A stretch of 64,000 nt of DNA. Source: a virus. Below are positions 10,015-19,116 of this stretch, piece after piece. Numbering within the stretch: the stretch's first letter is position 1; every line of letters begins with the position of its first letter. Position numbers and translations under genes: made by a program. The stretch lies in the IMG/VR virus record IMGVR_UViG_3300010389_000002. One strand, written 5' to 3'. The notes beneath the pieces were generated by a model. The model had not been told where the DNA came from. It searched no databases and was given only the letters and a program-made list of their open reading frames with translations.

Positions 10015-10471
10015 GGCTTACTCTGGGATATACAAGCCCAATAATCCTCAGAAATACAGAGGTAATCCTACCAGGATTATCTTTCGTTCACTGTGGGAAC
10101 GTAAGTTCATGGATTTCTGTGATAAAAATCCTAACATCATGGAATGGGGGAGTGAAGAAGTTATTATTCCCTATCGTTGTCCTACCGATGGCAGAGTTCA
10201 TAGATACTACCCTGACTTCTACATCAAAGTCAAGAGTAGATCAGGACTCATCAGTAAGTACATCATTGAGGTGAAGCCTAAGAAGCAAACAAAGAAACCA
10301 AATGAAAACCCAAAGAGAAAGAGTGCTGCTTGGAAAAGAGAAGTTCAAACTTACCTAAAGAATCGTGCTAAGTGGTCAGCCGCTGAGAACTTCTGTGAAG
10401 ATAGACAGATGAAGTTTATGATACTGACCGAAGATCATTTAGGAATCAAGAACAATGGCAAAGAATCGTAA
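10013..10471 (+). CDS. gp4: Head completion protein gp4
   Basis: YKPNNPQKYRGNP...FRSLWERKFM...WGSEE...RYYPDF...IEVKP. Confidence 0.92.
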   Translation: MAYSGIYKPNNPQKYRGNPTRIIFRSLWERKFMDFCDKNPNIMEWGSEEVIIPYRCPTDGRVHRYYPDFYIKVKSRSGLISKYIIEVKPKKQTKKPNENPKRKSAAWKREVQTYLKNRAKWSAAENFCEDRQMKFMILTEDHLGIKNNGKES

Positions 10472-11126
10472 GAAGGCAAGAGGATTCTCCCCTGAAGTTA
10501 GAGATCCAATAGAAAATAGTGGATACGAAACTATCTTTGAAAAAATAGTTAGAAGAACTAATGGAGAAAAGAAGTCTCTTTCTTGGTACAAGAATGAACT
10601 AAGATCTATTACCGATGGGATGAAATTAATCTCAGGTGAGAAGAGAGATGGACAACAAACAAAAGAGACTCGTGACCAAAATGTTCTAACTATTATTCCC
10701 AAGAGAGGAAGACTTTACTTCTTTGAGTATGAAGCTAAGTCAAGATGGTTACCATACTATGATACCTTTCCTCTACTCTACATGCTAGGTAAAGGAGAAA
10801 CACCAGACACTTTTTATGGTGCTAACTTACATTACTTAGAACCAAAGAAAAGAATACAGATCATCAACAATCTAAAGGGAGACATAGTTGACATTCCTAG
10901 GAACATCATCCATAAATATATTAAAAAGCAAGTAAAGAGCTTGTATCTTGAGTTAGCTGAACCAGAGTGGGAAACCTCTATATTATTACCCGTTGAAAAC
11001 TTTGTTAAAACTTCTGGGAGTGGTAAACTTCCTTATAAATCTGAGGATGTTTGGCAAGAGATCGGGAAGAAATATTATGAAAGAGTAAAAGCACACAGGA
11101 TTGTAAGCAACGATGGCAGCAACTAA
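10455..11126 (+). CDS. gp2: DNA end protector protein gp2
   Basis: GRLYFFEYEAK...PYYDTFPL...GANLHYL motif. Confidence 0.85.
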   Translation: MAKNRKKARGFSPEVRDPIENSGYETIFEKIVRRTNGEKKSLSWYKNELRSITDGMKLISGEKRDGQQTKETRDQNVLTIIPKRGRLYFFEYEAKSRWLPYYDTFPLLYMLGKGETPDTFYGANLHYLEPKKRIQIINNLKGDIVDIPRNIIHKYIKKQVKSLYLELAEPEWETSILLPVENFVKTSGSGKLPYKSEDVWQEIGKKYYERVKAHRIVSNDGSN

Positions 11127-12051
11127 ACAAAAGAGGTTATCATACCCTAGGAACAGGGTATATGAAAAACACACAGATTATATTACATTTGAGTTTTATA
11201 ATTACCTTGCTCCTTATGGTAAGAGTGCCAATAGGGATGCTGAGACTAAACTAGATGCTTATCAAAATACATCGGAAGGTAATGAAGCTAAATTAGATGA
11301 TACTTTACCTAAAATTCTTCTGTACATGCCAGAAGATATTCAGACAGCTACAGGTGCTCAGTGGGGTGAGAAATCTTTCACCAATACAGGAAGAGATGCT
11401 ATGAAAGTAGCGGGAAGCTTGTTAAACGGTAACCCTGGTCAAGCAGTCGCAAAGCTGGGAGAAGCTATTGGAAAAAGCACAGGAAGACTACCTAGTTTTA
11501 TTGCTGCTGGCATGGCATCTGCTATCAATGCTCTTCCTGGTGGTATTGGAGGCAACGTAGGTTTAAATGATATTTTATCAGGTGCCAAAGGAGTTGTATT
11601 GAATCCCAACACAGAACTTCTCTACCAAGGTTATGGTCTAAGAGAATTTGATCACGTATTTAAATTTACTCCCCACAATAAGGATGAAGCTAAAGAGATC
11701 CAAAATATTGTAAACACCTTTAGAAAAGCATCACTACCAAATTATGGTGCTAAGCCAGGATTTTTTGCCGATGCTCAAGAAGGTACTACTGATCCTAAGG
11801 TAGAAGGTAGTGTCAATGATAACTACATTAGTGTACCTAACTTAGTTAAGGTTAGATACATGAAAGGTAAAAAAGATCATCCATACCTACCCAAGTATTT
11901 GTATTGTGTCATTACAGATCTCAATATAAACTACACACCAGATGGAGTGTATGCTACCTATGAAGATGGTTCTCCTGTAGCAACCACACTATCAGTTTCA
12001 TTCACGGAAACGAAACTCATCTACCGTTCTAATGTTGATCAAGGATACTAA
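11113..12051 (+). CDS. gp48: Baseplate tail tube cap gp48
   Basis: LYMPEDI, NPNTELLYQG..LREFDHVFKFTPHNKDEA, CVITDLNINYTPDG, LSVSFTE. Confidence 0.88.
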   Translation: MAATKQKRLSYPRNRVYEKHTDYITFEFYNYLAPYGKSANRDAETKLDAYQNTSEGNEAKLDDTLPKILLYMPEDIQTATGAQWGEKSFTNTGRDAMKVAGSLLNGNPGQAVAKLGEAIGKSTGRLPSFIAAGMASAINALPGGIGGNVGLNDILSGAKGVVLNPNTELLYQGYGLREFDHVFKFTPHNKDEAKEIQNIVNTFRKASLPNYGAKPGFFADAQEGTTDPKVEGSVNDNYISVPNLVKVRYMKGKKDHPYLPKYLYCVITDLNINYTPDGVYATYEDGSPVATTLSVSFTETKLIYRSNVDQGY

Positions 12052-12053
12052 AA

Positions 12054-12716
12054 ATGGCAACATACTTTTCAGTAGTACCGAACTTAGAGTACAATAAAAA
12101 ACCAATTGAGTATCCATTCTCGGAATCAGATTTTGTATTAGTCAAGAACTTCTTCAAGAAGTTTAAGATTAATACAATCTTTGACAACAGTGTACTGTAT
12201 CAGAAATATAATATTAGTGAAGAGTATACAAGACTCGAACAGTTATCGGAAGCTTTCTACGGAGATGCTCAGTATGATTGGGTGATTGTTCTTACAAATA
12301 GAATGGTTAATCCTCTGTTTGATTATCCCATGTCTAGCTATCAATTACAGAAACATGTGGAAAAGAGCTACGAGAATCCACAAGCTGTAAGACACTACGA
12401 AATTGTCAGCAATACATACCAAGAAGAGGAGTTCGGAAAAGTATTGTGGGAAGAGGGAACGAGAGTAGACGAGACGTTCTACAATACCTCACACGAATAC
12501 TGGAATGGAACAAGTGTGTCTACTGTACTAGGTTCAGACATTGCTGACCCCGTAACCTTCTGGTCTTATGAAACACAAGAGAATGAAAAGAGAAGAGAGA
12601 TCTACATGTTAAGACCAAAGTATCTTAGAGCTTTCATCGAAGACATTAGAAGACAGACAACCTACAAGAAGTCTTCTTCATTCGTAAGCAGCAAAGTAAA
12701 GAAAGCAAACAAATAA
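12054..12716 (+). CDS. gp53: Baseplate wedge subunit gp53
   Basis: YFSVVPNLEY, RLEQLSEAFYGDAQYDWVIVLTN, YETQENEKRREI. Confidence 0.88.
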   Translation: MATYFSVVPNLEYNKKPIEYPFSESDFVLVKNFFKKFKINTIFDNSVLYQKYNISEEYTRLEQLSEAFYGDAQYDWVIVLTNRMVNPLFDYPMSSYQLQKHVEKSYENPQAVRHYEIVSNTYQEEEFGKVLWEEGTRVDETFYNTSHEYWNGTSVSTVLGSDIADPVTFWSYETQENEKRREIYMLRPKYLRAFIEDIRRQTTYKKSSSFVSSKVKKANK

Positions 12717-12750
12717 AAAGAGGGGATTGACTGGATTTTGCCAGTCCCCC
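12715..12750. terminator. Intrinsic terminator between convergent gp53 and GT25 genes
   Basis: AAAAAGAGGGGATTGACTGG-ATTTTG-CCAGTCCCCCTC hairpin with A tract. Confidence 0.6.
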
Positions 12751-12777
12751 TCTATGGCTTAGCGCCGACGATATACT

Positions 12778-13689
12778 TTATTTATATCCCATGATCTGAT
12801 CAAGGGTTAGATCTTTTCCTTGTGTCTTCCACCAGTCCATCACCATTTTGTTTGACAAGTTGTGTGGACTATTAGGGTCAACATAGTCTTCTGTCGTCCA
12901 CGTACTTTCGTAAGCAAGATTTTCTGTGAACAGAGGGAAAGTAAACACAGTGTCTACGTTCTGCCTGAAGTAGGAGTAGACCATAGTTTCACTAGTTGGT
13001 TTCTTCTGCCATTCTAAAGTTCGAAAGGGTGCATCGTATCCTTTATACTCTAGAATAATAGTATCATCAGGATAATAATGGTCGATGATTTTCCTAGCGT
13101 GTCCTCTCTTCAAAAGATAAGCAGCACAACTCCAGTCACACCAGTCTCTAGGTCTAAGCTTGTTAGTTGCCAATGTACGATTTAGGTAATTAGTGTGAGT
13201 GATACCATTATCAGCTATGATCAATGCTAACTGAACAATTTCCCAGGTCTCGGGTAGAGCATCAACAAATTCTTCGAAGGTAAAGTTCCAATACTTTACT
13301 GCCTCAAAAGAAACATCATCTTCAAAGAAGACAGCGTAGGGTTCGCTGGTATTCCAGTACCAGTCTTTGATTGCCTTCAAGTGTGAGGTAACTGGTCCTC
13401 TAGTATTAGGTGGAGCTAAGTCAGCTGTAGCACCACCAATCTTATGGTCCTCATCTCTATACTTGTCGTAAATGTAGGGGGTAATCTTAGTAATTTTATT
13501 CTGAGCAAACATCTCATACAAGTCTTGCCTTCTGTTTGCTGCTTCAGGTATACTAATGAAGTGTACAGCTGGGAAATTGTGTAGCTTATCTACGTCAGTA
13601 AGAACTTTCTTTTCTTCTGTGATGCCAAGAAAAGATTCAATCCTATTGAGTCTCTCCTGAACTGACGCTAGTTGTTCGTTGATATCCAT
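12778..13689 (-). CDS. Glycosyltransferase family 25-like protein
   Basis: HFISIPEAANRR, SHLKAIKDW, AVFFEDDV, SCAAYLL motifs. Confidence 0.75.
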   Translation of the reverse strand: MDINEQLASVQERLNRIESFLGITEEKKVLTDVDKLHNFPAVHFISIPEAANRRQDLYEMFAQNKITKITPYIYDKYRDEDHKIGGATADLAPPNTRGPVTSHLKAIKDWYWNTSEPYAVFFEDDVSFEAVKYWNFTFEEFVDALPETWEIVQLALIIADNGITHTNYLNRTLATNKLRPRDWCDWSCAAYLLKRGHARKIIDHYYPDDTIILEYKGYDAPFRTLEWQKKPTSETMVYSYFRQNVDTVFTFPLFTENLAYESTWTTEDYVDPNSPHNLSNKMVMDWWKTQGKDLTLDQIMGYK

Positions 13690-13692
13690 GAT

Positions 13693-14214
13693 TTAAATAG
13701 GTATTAAGGATAAAATAGGATGAGGTTTATCAGTAGGAGTGACACAAATATCAAACCCCAAAGTAACTCTGGGTTCTTCGTAAAAATCATTGACAACTAC
13801 TTTGTGTCTTCTATACCCTGGACCAATATAAATGTTGCCTACTTCATTATCAATTTCGTATCCTTCAAAGACTGTGGTTGTATCTTTAGGATCAATACAA
13901 ATGTATCCGTGATAGTCCCACTGGTGATCATGCCAGTCTAGAACTTGATCGGAGTGGTGATAATTTAACCAGCACTGCATCCACTTGTTCTCTTCAGGAA
14001 CATAGTTGTTGACAATATCTCTCAACTCATAGAATAGTTTGTTGAAGAGTAAGCTGGGGGAACTTAAACCAAAGAAATTATATCTTTTGTAAGTCCACGT
14101 TGAATTATCCCCAGGGAAATACATCTGATGTACAAAGTGAGAGTCGTGTATCTGACGAACCATCTCATCTTTGTTATCGATAATCAGTTGTGACCTGTAT
14201 AACTTATGGTCCAT
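13693..14214 (-). CDS. Putative 2OG-Fe(II) dioxygenase-like (DSBH) protein
   Basis: WLNYH...DWHDH...GYI...RHKV...RVTLGFD pattern. Confidence 0.55.
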   Translation of the reverse strand: MDHKLYRSQLIIDNKDEMVRQIHDSHFVHQMYFPGDNSTWTYKRYNFFGLSSPSLLFNKLFYELRDIVNNYVPEENKWMQCWLNYHHSDQVLDWHDHQWDYHGYICIDPKDTTTVFEGYEIDNEVGNIYIGPGYRRHKVVVNDFYEEPRVTLGFDICVTPTDKPHPILSLIPI

Positions 14215-14224
14215 GACAATACTA

Positions 14225-14247
14225 ATAAAAAAGGGAGAGACGAATCT
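14225..14247 (-). terminator. Intrinsic terminator after gene 32
   Basis: AGGGAGAGA-TTCG-TCTCTCCCT followed by T tract on minus strand. Confidence 0.75.
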
Positions 14248-14261
14248 CTCCCTGGTATTTA

Positions 14262-15167
14262 TCAGAACTCTTTGTTAGCAAGGTCTTGGAAGAACGAGAA
14301 GGCGTCTTCCTCACCAGTGCTAGAGGAGGTAGCGGCAGCAGCGACAGGGGTCGGTGCCTTGGCAGTGGGAGCATCCCAGTTGAGTTCATCTTCCTCGTCA
14401 GCAACCTCAGGTGCTACAGCACGTTGCTGTTTCTTGTTGCCGAGAACAATGTCAAGACGTTCTTGAAGCTGTTCGTAGGATTTGAACTGATCAGCAGCGG
14501 TGAAAGCGGCGAGGCTATACTGCTGCTTGTAGATCTCTTCTAGTTCATCATCGTCTGCGCTGAGAGCACAGGGTTCGCTGAACTCAGAAGAATCATAGTT
14601 CCAGTAACCACCGACAGTCTTGATCTTCAGTTTGAAGTTAGCACCTTCCCAGAAGTTAAAGACATCACAGGGTTGCTCATCAGCAAACTCAGGCTTGAGT
14701 GCTGCCATGATCTTGTCATGGATCTTCTTGCCGTAACGGTAGAGGAACACACGACCCTCATTCTGAGGGTTAGCAGGGTCCTTGACCACATAGATGTTGC
14801 TGTAGTAGTTGAGCTTACGCTTCTGCTTACGTGCCTGTTCTTGACCAGCAGAACCTTCACCCTGAGACCAGAGGCTACGGTTCAGTTCACCGACAGGATC
14901 GTTCTGACCAATGGTGGTCAGGGAATTCTCGATGTACCACCCACCAACATCTTCGAAAGCGTGGGAGTACAGTTTTGCCCAGGGCAGAGTCTCACCCTCG
15001 GGGGCAGGGAGGAAACGGATCACGGCATAACCGTTACCATTTTCCAGAACCGGCTTCCAGAGACGATCGTCTTTGTTGCTAGACTCAGACTTGTTAGTCT
15101 TCTCAAGTTCCTGCTGGAGGAACTGGAGGTTGCTCTTGGAATTACGGCGGAGATTTGAAAAGGACAT
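14262..15167 (-). CDS. gp32: Single-stranded DNA binding protein gp32
   Basis: DDRLWKP...NGYAVIRFLPAP...YIENSLTTIG...FNFWEGANFKLKI...NYDSSEF; acidic tail. Confidence 0.97.
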   Translation of the reverse strand: MSFSNLRRNSKSNLQFLQQELEKTNKSESSNKDDRLWKPVLENGNGYAVIRFLPAPEGETLPWAKLYSHAFEDVGGWYIENSLTTIGQNDPVGELNRSLWSQGEGSAGQEQARKQKRKLNYYSNIYVVKDPANPQNEGRVFLYRYGKKIHDKIMAALKPEFADEQPCDVFNFWEGANFKLKIKTVGGYWNYDSSEFSEPCALSADDDELEEIYKQQYSLAAFTAADQFKSYEQLQERLDIVLGNKKQQRAVAPEVADEEDELNWDAPTAKAPTPVAAAATSSSTGEEDAFSFFQDLANKEF

Positions 15168-15217
15168 TGGATTCTTTGGATAAATTGGATTCGGTTTCGT
15201 GACTCGTCACGTTGTTC

Positions 15218-15246
15218 ATCGTAACACAAGGAGAGGGTGGAGTCAA
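15218..15246 (-). promoter_or_regulatory. Sigma70-type promoter for gene 32
   Basis: TTGACT-N17-TACGAT with the -35 box inside a hairpin. Confidence 0.6.
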
Positions 15247-15584
15247 GCCCTCTCCTCTTCCAGTTTTTGTTTCATCATGGAGACCTTATTGAGAAGGTCA
15301 TCAAAACACTCATTGATTGAGAGGTCTTTGTTCCCTCCCAAAAGAACAACAGCTTCTCTTAAGCTCTGTGCCATATCCTGTGCTTCGGGATCATCACTCA
15401 GTTGAATCCGAGTGTTAAAGATCTTCTGCTTTTCAAGGAGAGTCTTAAGAACATCAAAATATTCTAACTTTTTTTCATAGGTAAGAATAGGAAATGAGTT
15501 TGCTGCCATGAAGCAATACTTCTGTAGCTCCATCATCTCCTGGAGATCTCCTCTTACCATTTCTGATTTAAAGAAGTCAGTCAT
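15243..15584 (-). CDS. Conserved cyanophage protein (DUF1825-like)
   Basis: FFKSEMVRGDL...LLEKQKIFNTRIQLSDDPEA; usual position between gp33 and gp32. Confidence 0.65.
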   Translation of the reverse strand: MTDFFKSEMVRGDLQEMMELQKYCFMAANSFPILTYEKKLEYFDVLKTLLEKQKIFNTRIQLSDDPEAQDMAQSLREAVVLLGGNKDLSINECFDDLLNKVSMMKQKLEEERA

Positions 15585-15829
15585 ACCGTTAATAGCTTTG
15601 CTCTTGTAGTTTTTTTCATGTAGTTCAACTTCTGTGCATCGAACTTAAGTTTTTCTTTCAAAGGTTTTGAGATAAGTTTGGGGACAGACTCAATCTCAAT
15701 TTCATTTTTCTCACAGTAAATAAGAACAGCATCAATGTAATTAATGTCGTTGTTCTCTATGGCAATTTTCTCAACTTCCTGTGAAAATTTCACAGATGTC
15801 ATAAAGTTATCCTCCAGTTTTTTTGTCAT
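15581..15829 (-). CDS. gp33: Late transcription co-activator gp33
   Basis: YIDAVLIYCEKNEIEIESVPKLISKPLKEKLKFDA..LNY. Confidence 0.88.
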   Translation of the reverse strand: MTKKLEDNFMTSVKFSQEVEKIAIENNDINYIDAVLIYCEKNEIEIESVPKLISKPLKEKLKFDAQKLNYMKKTTRAKLLTV

Positions 15830-16493
15830 GCTTTCGTTTGTATTCTTGGATGTACTCTAATAATGAAACAAGGTACTCCTTACGAACGGGTTGGACACTA
15901 ACCTGGGGCTTGTCTCCTTCGATAGCAACAATAGTTACTAACTGCTCAACACGAATGCCGTAGCGTTCATCTAAGCAAAGAGCGTAAGCACACTCTTGAA
16001 CGTAATAGTCGTAAAGATACTCTTCTTTTTTATATTTGTCGGAAGTTTTAAAGTCAATGATGGATAAGACTCCATCAAACTCAGCAATACAATCAACTCT
16101 TCCGGCAATTTCCAGCTTATCTGAATATAAAGCTGCTTCTTGTAAGTATATATTATTTATACGATCAAGAGTATCCTTAGATTGTTTAAACATGTATACA
16201 GGAAGTGGTTGATCCTTATACTTGTCTAAATCTAATTCATTATTAAAATAATCCTCAGCAAGTTTATGATATCTAGTTCCCCTTGTAGCAGAAGAAGTAG
16301 ATTTCTTTTGTGCTGCTTCTATACCAACTCTTGCTCTCCATTTAGCAAGAGCTGCTTGCTTCTTTGGATTGCTACTGATAACTGTAGTGATAGATGGATA
16401 CTTGTTACCTTCTGGAGTAACATAGTATCTCTTGCCATCTACCTCCACAGTATTCATCTCGATGGGATCCATCCCTACATGTGTAAAGATCAC
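15807..16493 (-). CDS. PD-(D/E)XK exonuclease (Cas4-like phage exonuclease)
   Basis: YPSITTVI, RGTRYH, AGRVDCIAEFDGVLSIIDFKTS, QECAYA. Confidence 0.85.
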   Translation of the reverse strand: MIFTHVGMDPIEMNTVEVDGKRYYVTPEGNKYPSITTVISSNPKKQAALAKWRARVGIEAAQKKSTSSATRGTRYHKLAEDYFNNELDLDKYKDQPLPVYMFKQSKDTLDRINNIYLQEAALYSDKLEIAGRVDCIAEFDGVLSIIDFKTSDKYKKEEYLYDYYVQECAYALCLDERYGIRVEQLVTIVAIEGDKPQVSVQPVRKEYLVSLLEYIQEYKRKHDKKTGG

Positions 16494-17242
16494 AGTCCGA
16501 GATTGAGCTTCGAGATCAAGTAGGACTTGACAATACCAGAGCGAACAATGTCTTCAATACCATACTCAATGACATCAAACTCTTCCATGTTCTGAAGAAT
16601 TTTCTGGAAGTCAATCACTCCATCTTTTTCATTCTGTTTCTGTAGGTCAGACTGTCTTGCATCACCACAGAACATGATCTTAGTATCATCACCAACACGA
16701 GTCATGATGGAATCTAACTCGTGGAAGTTCAAGTTCTGACACTCATCCACAATGACAATAGCTTTGTCTAAGGTAGTACCACGAAGGAATGATGTAGACC
16801 AGAATGAAATAGTTTCCTGATGCTTGAGATTCTCATACAGCATATCAAAACTGTTGTCATCTGGCATCTCGAACATGTACTTGACCATATTCTTGTAAGG
16901 AATTTGATACAACGATGCTTTATCTTCATGTGTACCAGGAAGGAAACCAATCTCTCTAGTAGCAACCAGAGAGCGAACAATGTATACCTTTTCGTATGGT
17001 GTCTCTTCATTAAGAACATCTTTAAGTGCCAGATACAAAGCAACAAACGTTTTACCTGTACCAGCAGCTCCGTAAGAGTAGACACACTTACCACTGTTGT
17101 AGGAATCAAATACTCTTTGCTGAGTATTAGTCAATGGATTAATTTCAAGGAGATAGTCTTGATTGATTGGTTTTCTTCGCTTCAACATTTTAACACTCAT
17201 GCCATTGATATCTGGTTGTGTCTTCTTACGCTGTCTTGCCAT
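16490..17242 (-). CDS. phoH: PhoH-like ATPase
   Basis: GAAGTGKT, IGFLPG, FLRGTT, IVDECQN, CGDARQSD, IVRSG. Confidence 0.95.
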   Translation of the reverse strand: MARQRKKTQPDINGMSVKMLKRRKPINQDYLLEINPLTNTQQRVFDSYNSGKCVYSYGAAGTGKTFVALYLALKDVLNEETPYEKVYIVRSLVATREIGFLPGTHEDKASLYQIPYKNMVKYMFEMPDDNSFDMLYENLKHQETISFWSTSFLRGTTLDKAIVIVDECQNLNFHELDSIMTRVGDDTKIMFCGDARQSDLQKQNEKDGVIDFQKILQNMEEFDVIEYGIEDIVRSGIVKSYLISKLNLGL

Positions 17243-17243
17243 A

Positions 17244-17516
17244 CTAATAATTGTATTTTTGTGTAATGGTTTTGTTACCCACGGTCTTTGCTTGAGGAAC
17301 GATCTTGTTCTTCATGATGTCCGCCCAACCAGGATGAGTCTTAGACATCTTGTCTCGGAAATCACCCATCTCAGCTGCCATAGGAGCAGTCGATGGGTCA
17401 GACCAGTCACGATCCCAGTCTGGGTTATCGATCTTCCATTGATCCCAGTCATGAACACTAAGAACTACTTCTTTCTGTTCACCTGTGACCTTATTTATCA
17501 CTGGATAAGTTGCCAT
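17244..17516 (-). CDS. Conserved cyanophage hypothetical protein
   Basis: MATYPVINKVTGEQKEV...WKIDNPDWDRDWSDP; start moved to second Met. Confidence 0.65.
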   Translation of the reverse strand: MATYPVINKVTGEQKEVVLSVHDWDQWKIDNPDWDRDWSDPSTAPMAAEMGDFRDKMSKTHPGWADIMKNKIVPQAKTVGNKTITQKYNY

Positions 17517-17733
17517 CTTCTTGCTCCTTATTGAATCCAAATCTATCTAACTTAGTTTGTACTCGCTGTTGTTGTGCCAGCTTACAGATGTTCTCCATCA
17601 CCTTGAGCGTATCTTCAATCGATGGATTAGATTGAATACACTTCAAGCGTTGGTAAACTTCCTCATACAGAGGCAGGAAAATATCTGCTGCCTCTTGTAC
17701 TTCTTCGAGTGTCAATGGTTTACTTAGATCCAT
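17491..17733 (-). CDS. Hypothetical protein
   Basis: 80-aa ORF tightly packed in the operon. Confidence 0.6.
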   Translation of the reverse strand: MDLSKPLTLEEVQEAADIFLPLYEEVYQRLKCIQSNPSIEDTLKVMENICKLAQQQRVQTKLDRFGFNKEQEDGNLSSDK

Positions 17734-18389
17734 TCTAGTGCCTCTGCTACGGTTGGAAATTGTTCAGCAAACACTGCCTTACAGTTGTTGGCAATGTCCA
17801 TGTGCTCCTTCTGTGTGCCGTGTCCAGAGCGTAGAGAGATATAATGTATCCAACTACGGCATGAACCCGTCATGTAGATCCTTGTAGGCACCGCTGCTGG
17901 GAGAACAGCGCGGGCACACTCCTTGGCAATTCCCCTTCCTAGCATCTGAGTGTAGAGTGCTTCAGCAGAACTGAATAGAGTTTCAATCTGTCTCTCGATA
18001 ATCTCTTTCTCTTCTGGATCGATATCATCAATAGAATTTTGCCTGTTCTTATCATCTTGACGGCGAAGGTCAGGCATCTGTAGAGTTCCCAGCTGAGTGC
18101 TATCAGCATAGCGTTGCGAAAACTCTTGGAAGGTGAACGAACGATGACGCAAAATTTGAGGTGAAATCTCCCTGGTAGTATTGATCTCAAGTGTCATGTA
18201 TGCCTGCTCAAAGATAGACCAGTGCTGATGCTTAATACAATACTTGAGGAGACCAGCAGCCGTATCAAAGTTCAGCTGATTGTTTGGGTTAGATACCCTA
18301 GCAATATAAGAGATGACATCTTGGGCAGTCTTATCCACCAGTTCTCCAGCACCTTGGGTGATGGCAATCAACTTAACTTGTTCACTCAT
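17724..18389 (-). CDS. thyX: FAD-dependent thymidylate synthase
   Basis: HWSIFEQA, QILRHRSFTFQEFSQRY (ThyX motif), ECARAVLP, LRSGHGTQKEH. Confidence 0.95.
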   Translation of the reverse strand: MSEQVKLIAITQGAGELVDKTAQDVISYIARVSNPNNQLNFDTAAGLLKYCIKHQHWSIFEQAYMTLEINTTREISPQILRHRSFTFQEFSQRYADSTQLGTLQMPDLRRQDDKNRQNSIDDIDPEEKEIIERQIETLFSSAEALYTQMLGRGIAKECARAVLPAAVPTRIYMTGSCRSWIHYISLRSGHGTQKEHMDIANNCKAVFAEQFPTVAEALEWI

Positions 18390-18699
18390 TAACAAATTCC
18401 TCCACAACTTCAACTTCAACAGATTTTACATCATCGCCGGGGGTGTAGTCAACTACATCCTCTACGGTCTCTACTTCTTTTACCTTAAAATCTTTCAAGG
18501 GTTTCTTTTTGTATCCAAATCCTTGAGAAGACCGTTCTTGTTCTCGAAGCAATTTCTTTAGTTTGTTTGCTTCATACAGTTCTTTCTTGATCTTAGCGTA
18601 CTCTTCGTAGCTATACAGATAAGGTTTTGATACAGCTCTCTTCAACCACTTAATATACTTAGGCAAAGTGTTTGGAGAAGCGGGCTCTACGTAATCCAT
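18382..18699 (-). CDS. Hypothetical protein
   Basis: 105-aa ORF directly behind a sigma70-type promoter. Confidence 0.6.
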   Translation of the reverse strand: MDYVEPASPNTLPKYIKWLKRAVSKPYLYSYEEYAKIKKELYEANKLKKLLREQERSSQGFGYKKKPLKDFKVKEVETVEDVVDYTPGDDVKSVEVEVVEEFVNE

Positions 18700-18720
18700 A
18701 ATTTAAATCAATGACAATCT

Positions 18721-18756
18721 ATTATAGCATAAAAAAAAGAGGGGCGTCAACCCCTC
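18721..18756 (-). promoter_or_regulatory. Terminator hairpin carrying a sigma70 promoter
   Basis: GAGGGG-TTGACG-CCCCTC-T8 then TG-n-TATAAT (18-nt spacer). Confidence 0.75.
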
Positions 18757-18914
18757 CTGTTATACATTGGTTCAACATTTAAAAGTTGATCAAAGTATTC
18801 TCGCAAGTGTATTTTATAGCAAGACCAGTATGTTACTCCCCTATATTTTAGTTGGTAACATGACGGTGGTCTGTTATCGTTATCCATATCATCAAAGTGA
18901 TATCGATAATCCAT
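18747..18914 (-). CDS. Small YRGV-motif protein (55 aa)
   Basis: MDYRYHFDD...LKYRGVTYW; starts just after the DUF4278 stop. Confidence 0.55.
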   Translation of the reverse strand: MDYRYHFDDMDNDNRPPSCYQLKYRGVTYWSCYKIHLREYFDQLLNVEPMYNRRG

Positions 18915-18915
18915 A

Positions 18916-19080
18916 TCACTTGTTATAAGTGTGACCACGATAGCAGAAAGTGCCGTGAATTTCTTCAGCACCTTGCTTACACTCATACTTGACACCACGA
19001 TAGGTAGTCATAGCAATTTGAGCATCGTGAAGGGCGTTGGCTTTTTGAATCTGCTTTTTGATGAGGGTTAGTGTGTTCAT
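18916..19080 (-). CDS. DUF4278-like small protein (54 aa)
   Basis: Hand translation MNTLTLIKKQIQKANALHDAQIAMTTYRGVKYECKQGAEEIHGTFCYRGHTYNK with two YRGxxY motifs; SD AGGAG; not in ORF track. Confidence 0.8.
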   Translation of the reverse strand: MNTLTLIKKQIQKANALHDAQIAMTTYRGVKYECKQGAEEIHGTFCYRGHTYNK

Positions 19081-19116
19081 TGTAGGTACTCCTAAAGAAA
19101 TGAGTTAATTAAAACC

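Noticed and set aside
14206-15158. Several long alternative ORFs over gene 32
   Set aside because: By-products of strong codon bias in a highly expressed gene; no RBS or recognisable motifs
15807-16493. Cas4-like nuclease as evidence of a CRISPR system
   Set aside because: No repeat-spacer array or other cas genes seen anywhere in the window; it is the usual phage exonuclease beside phoH
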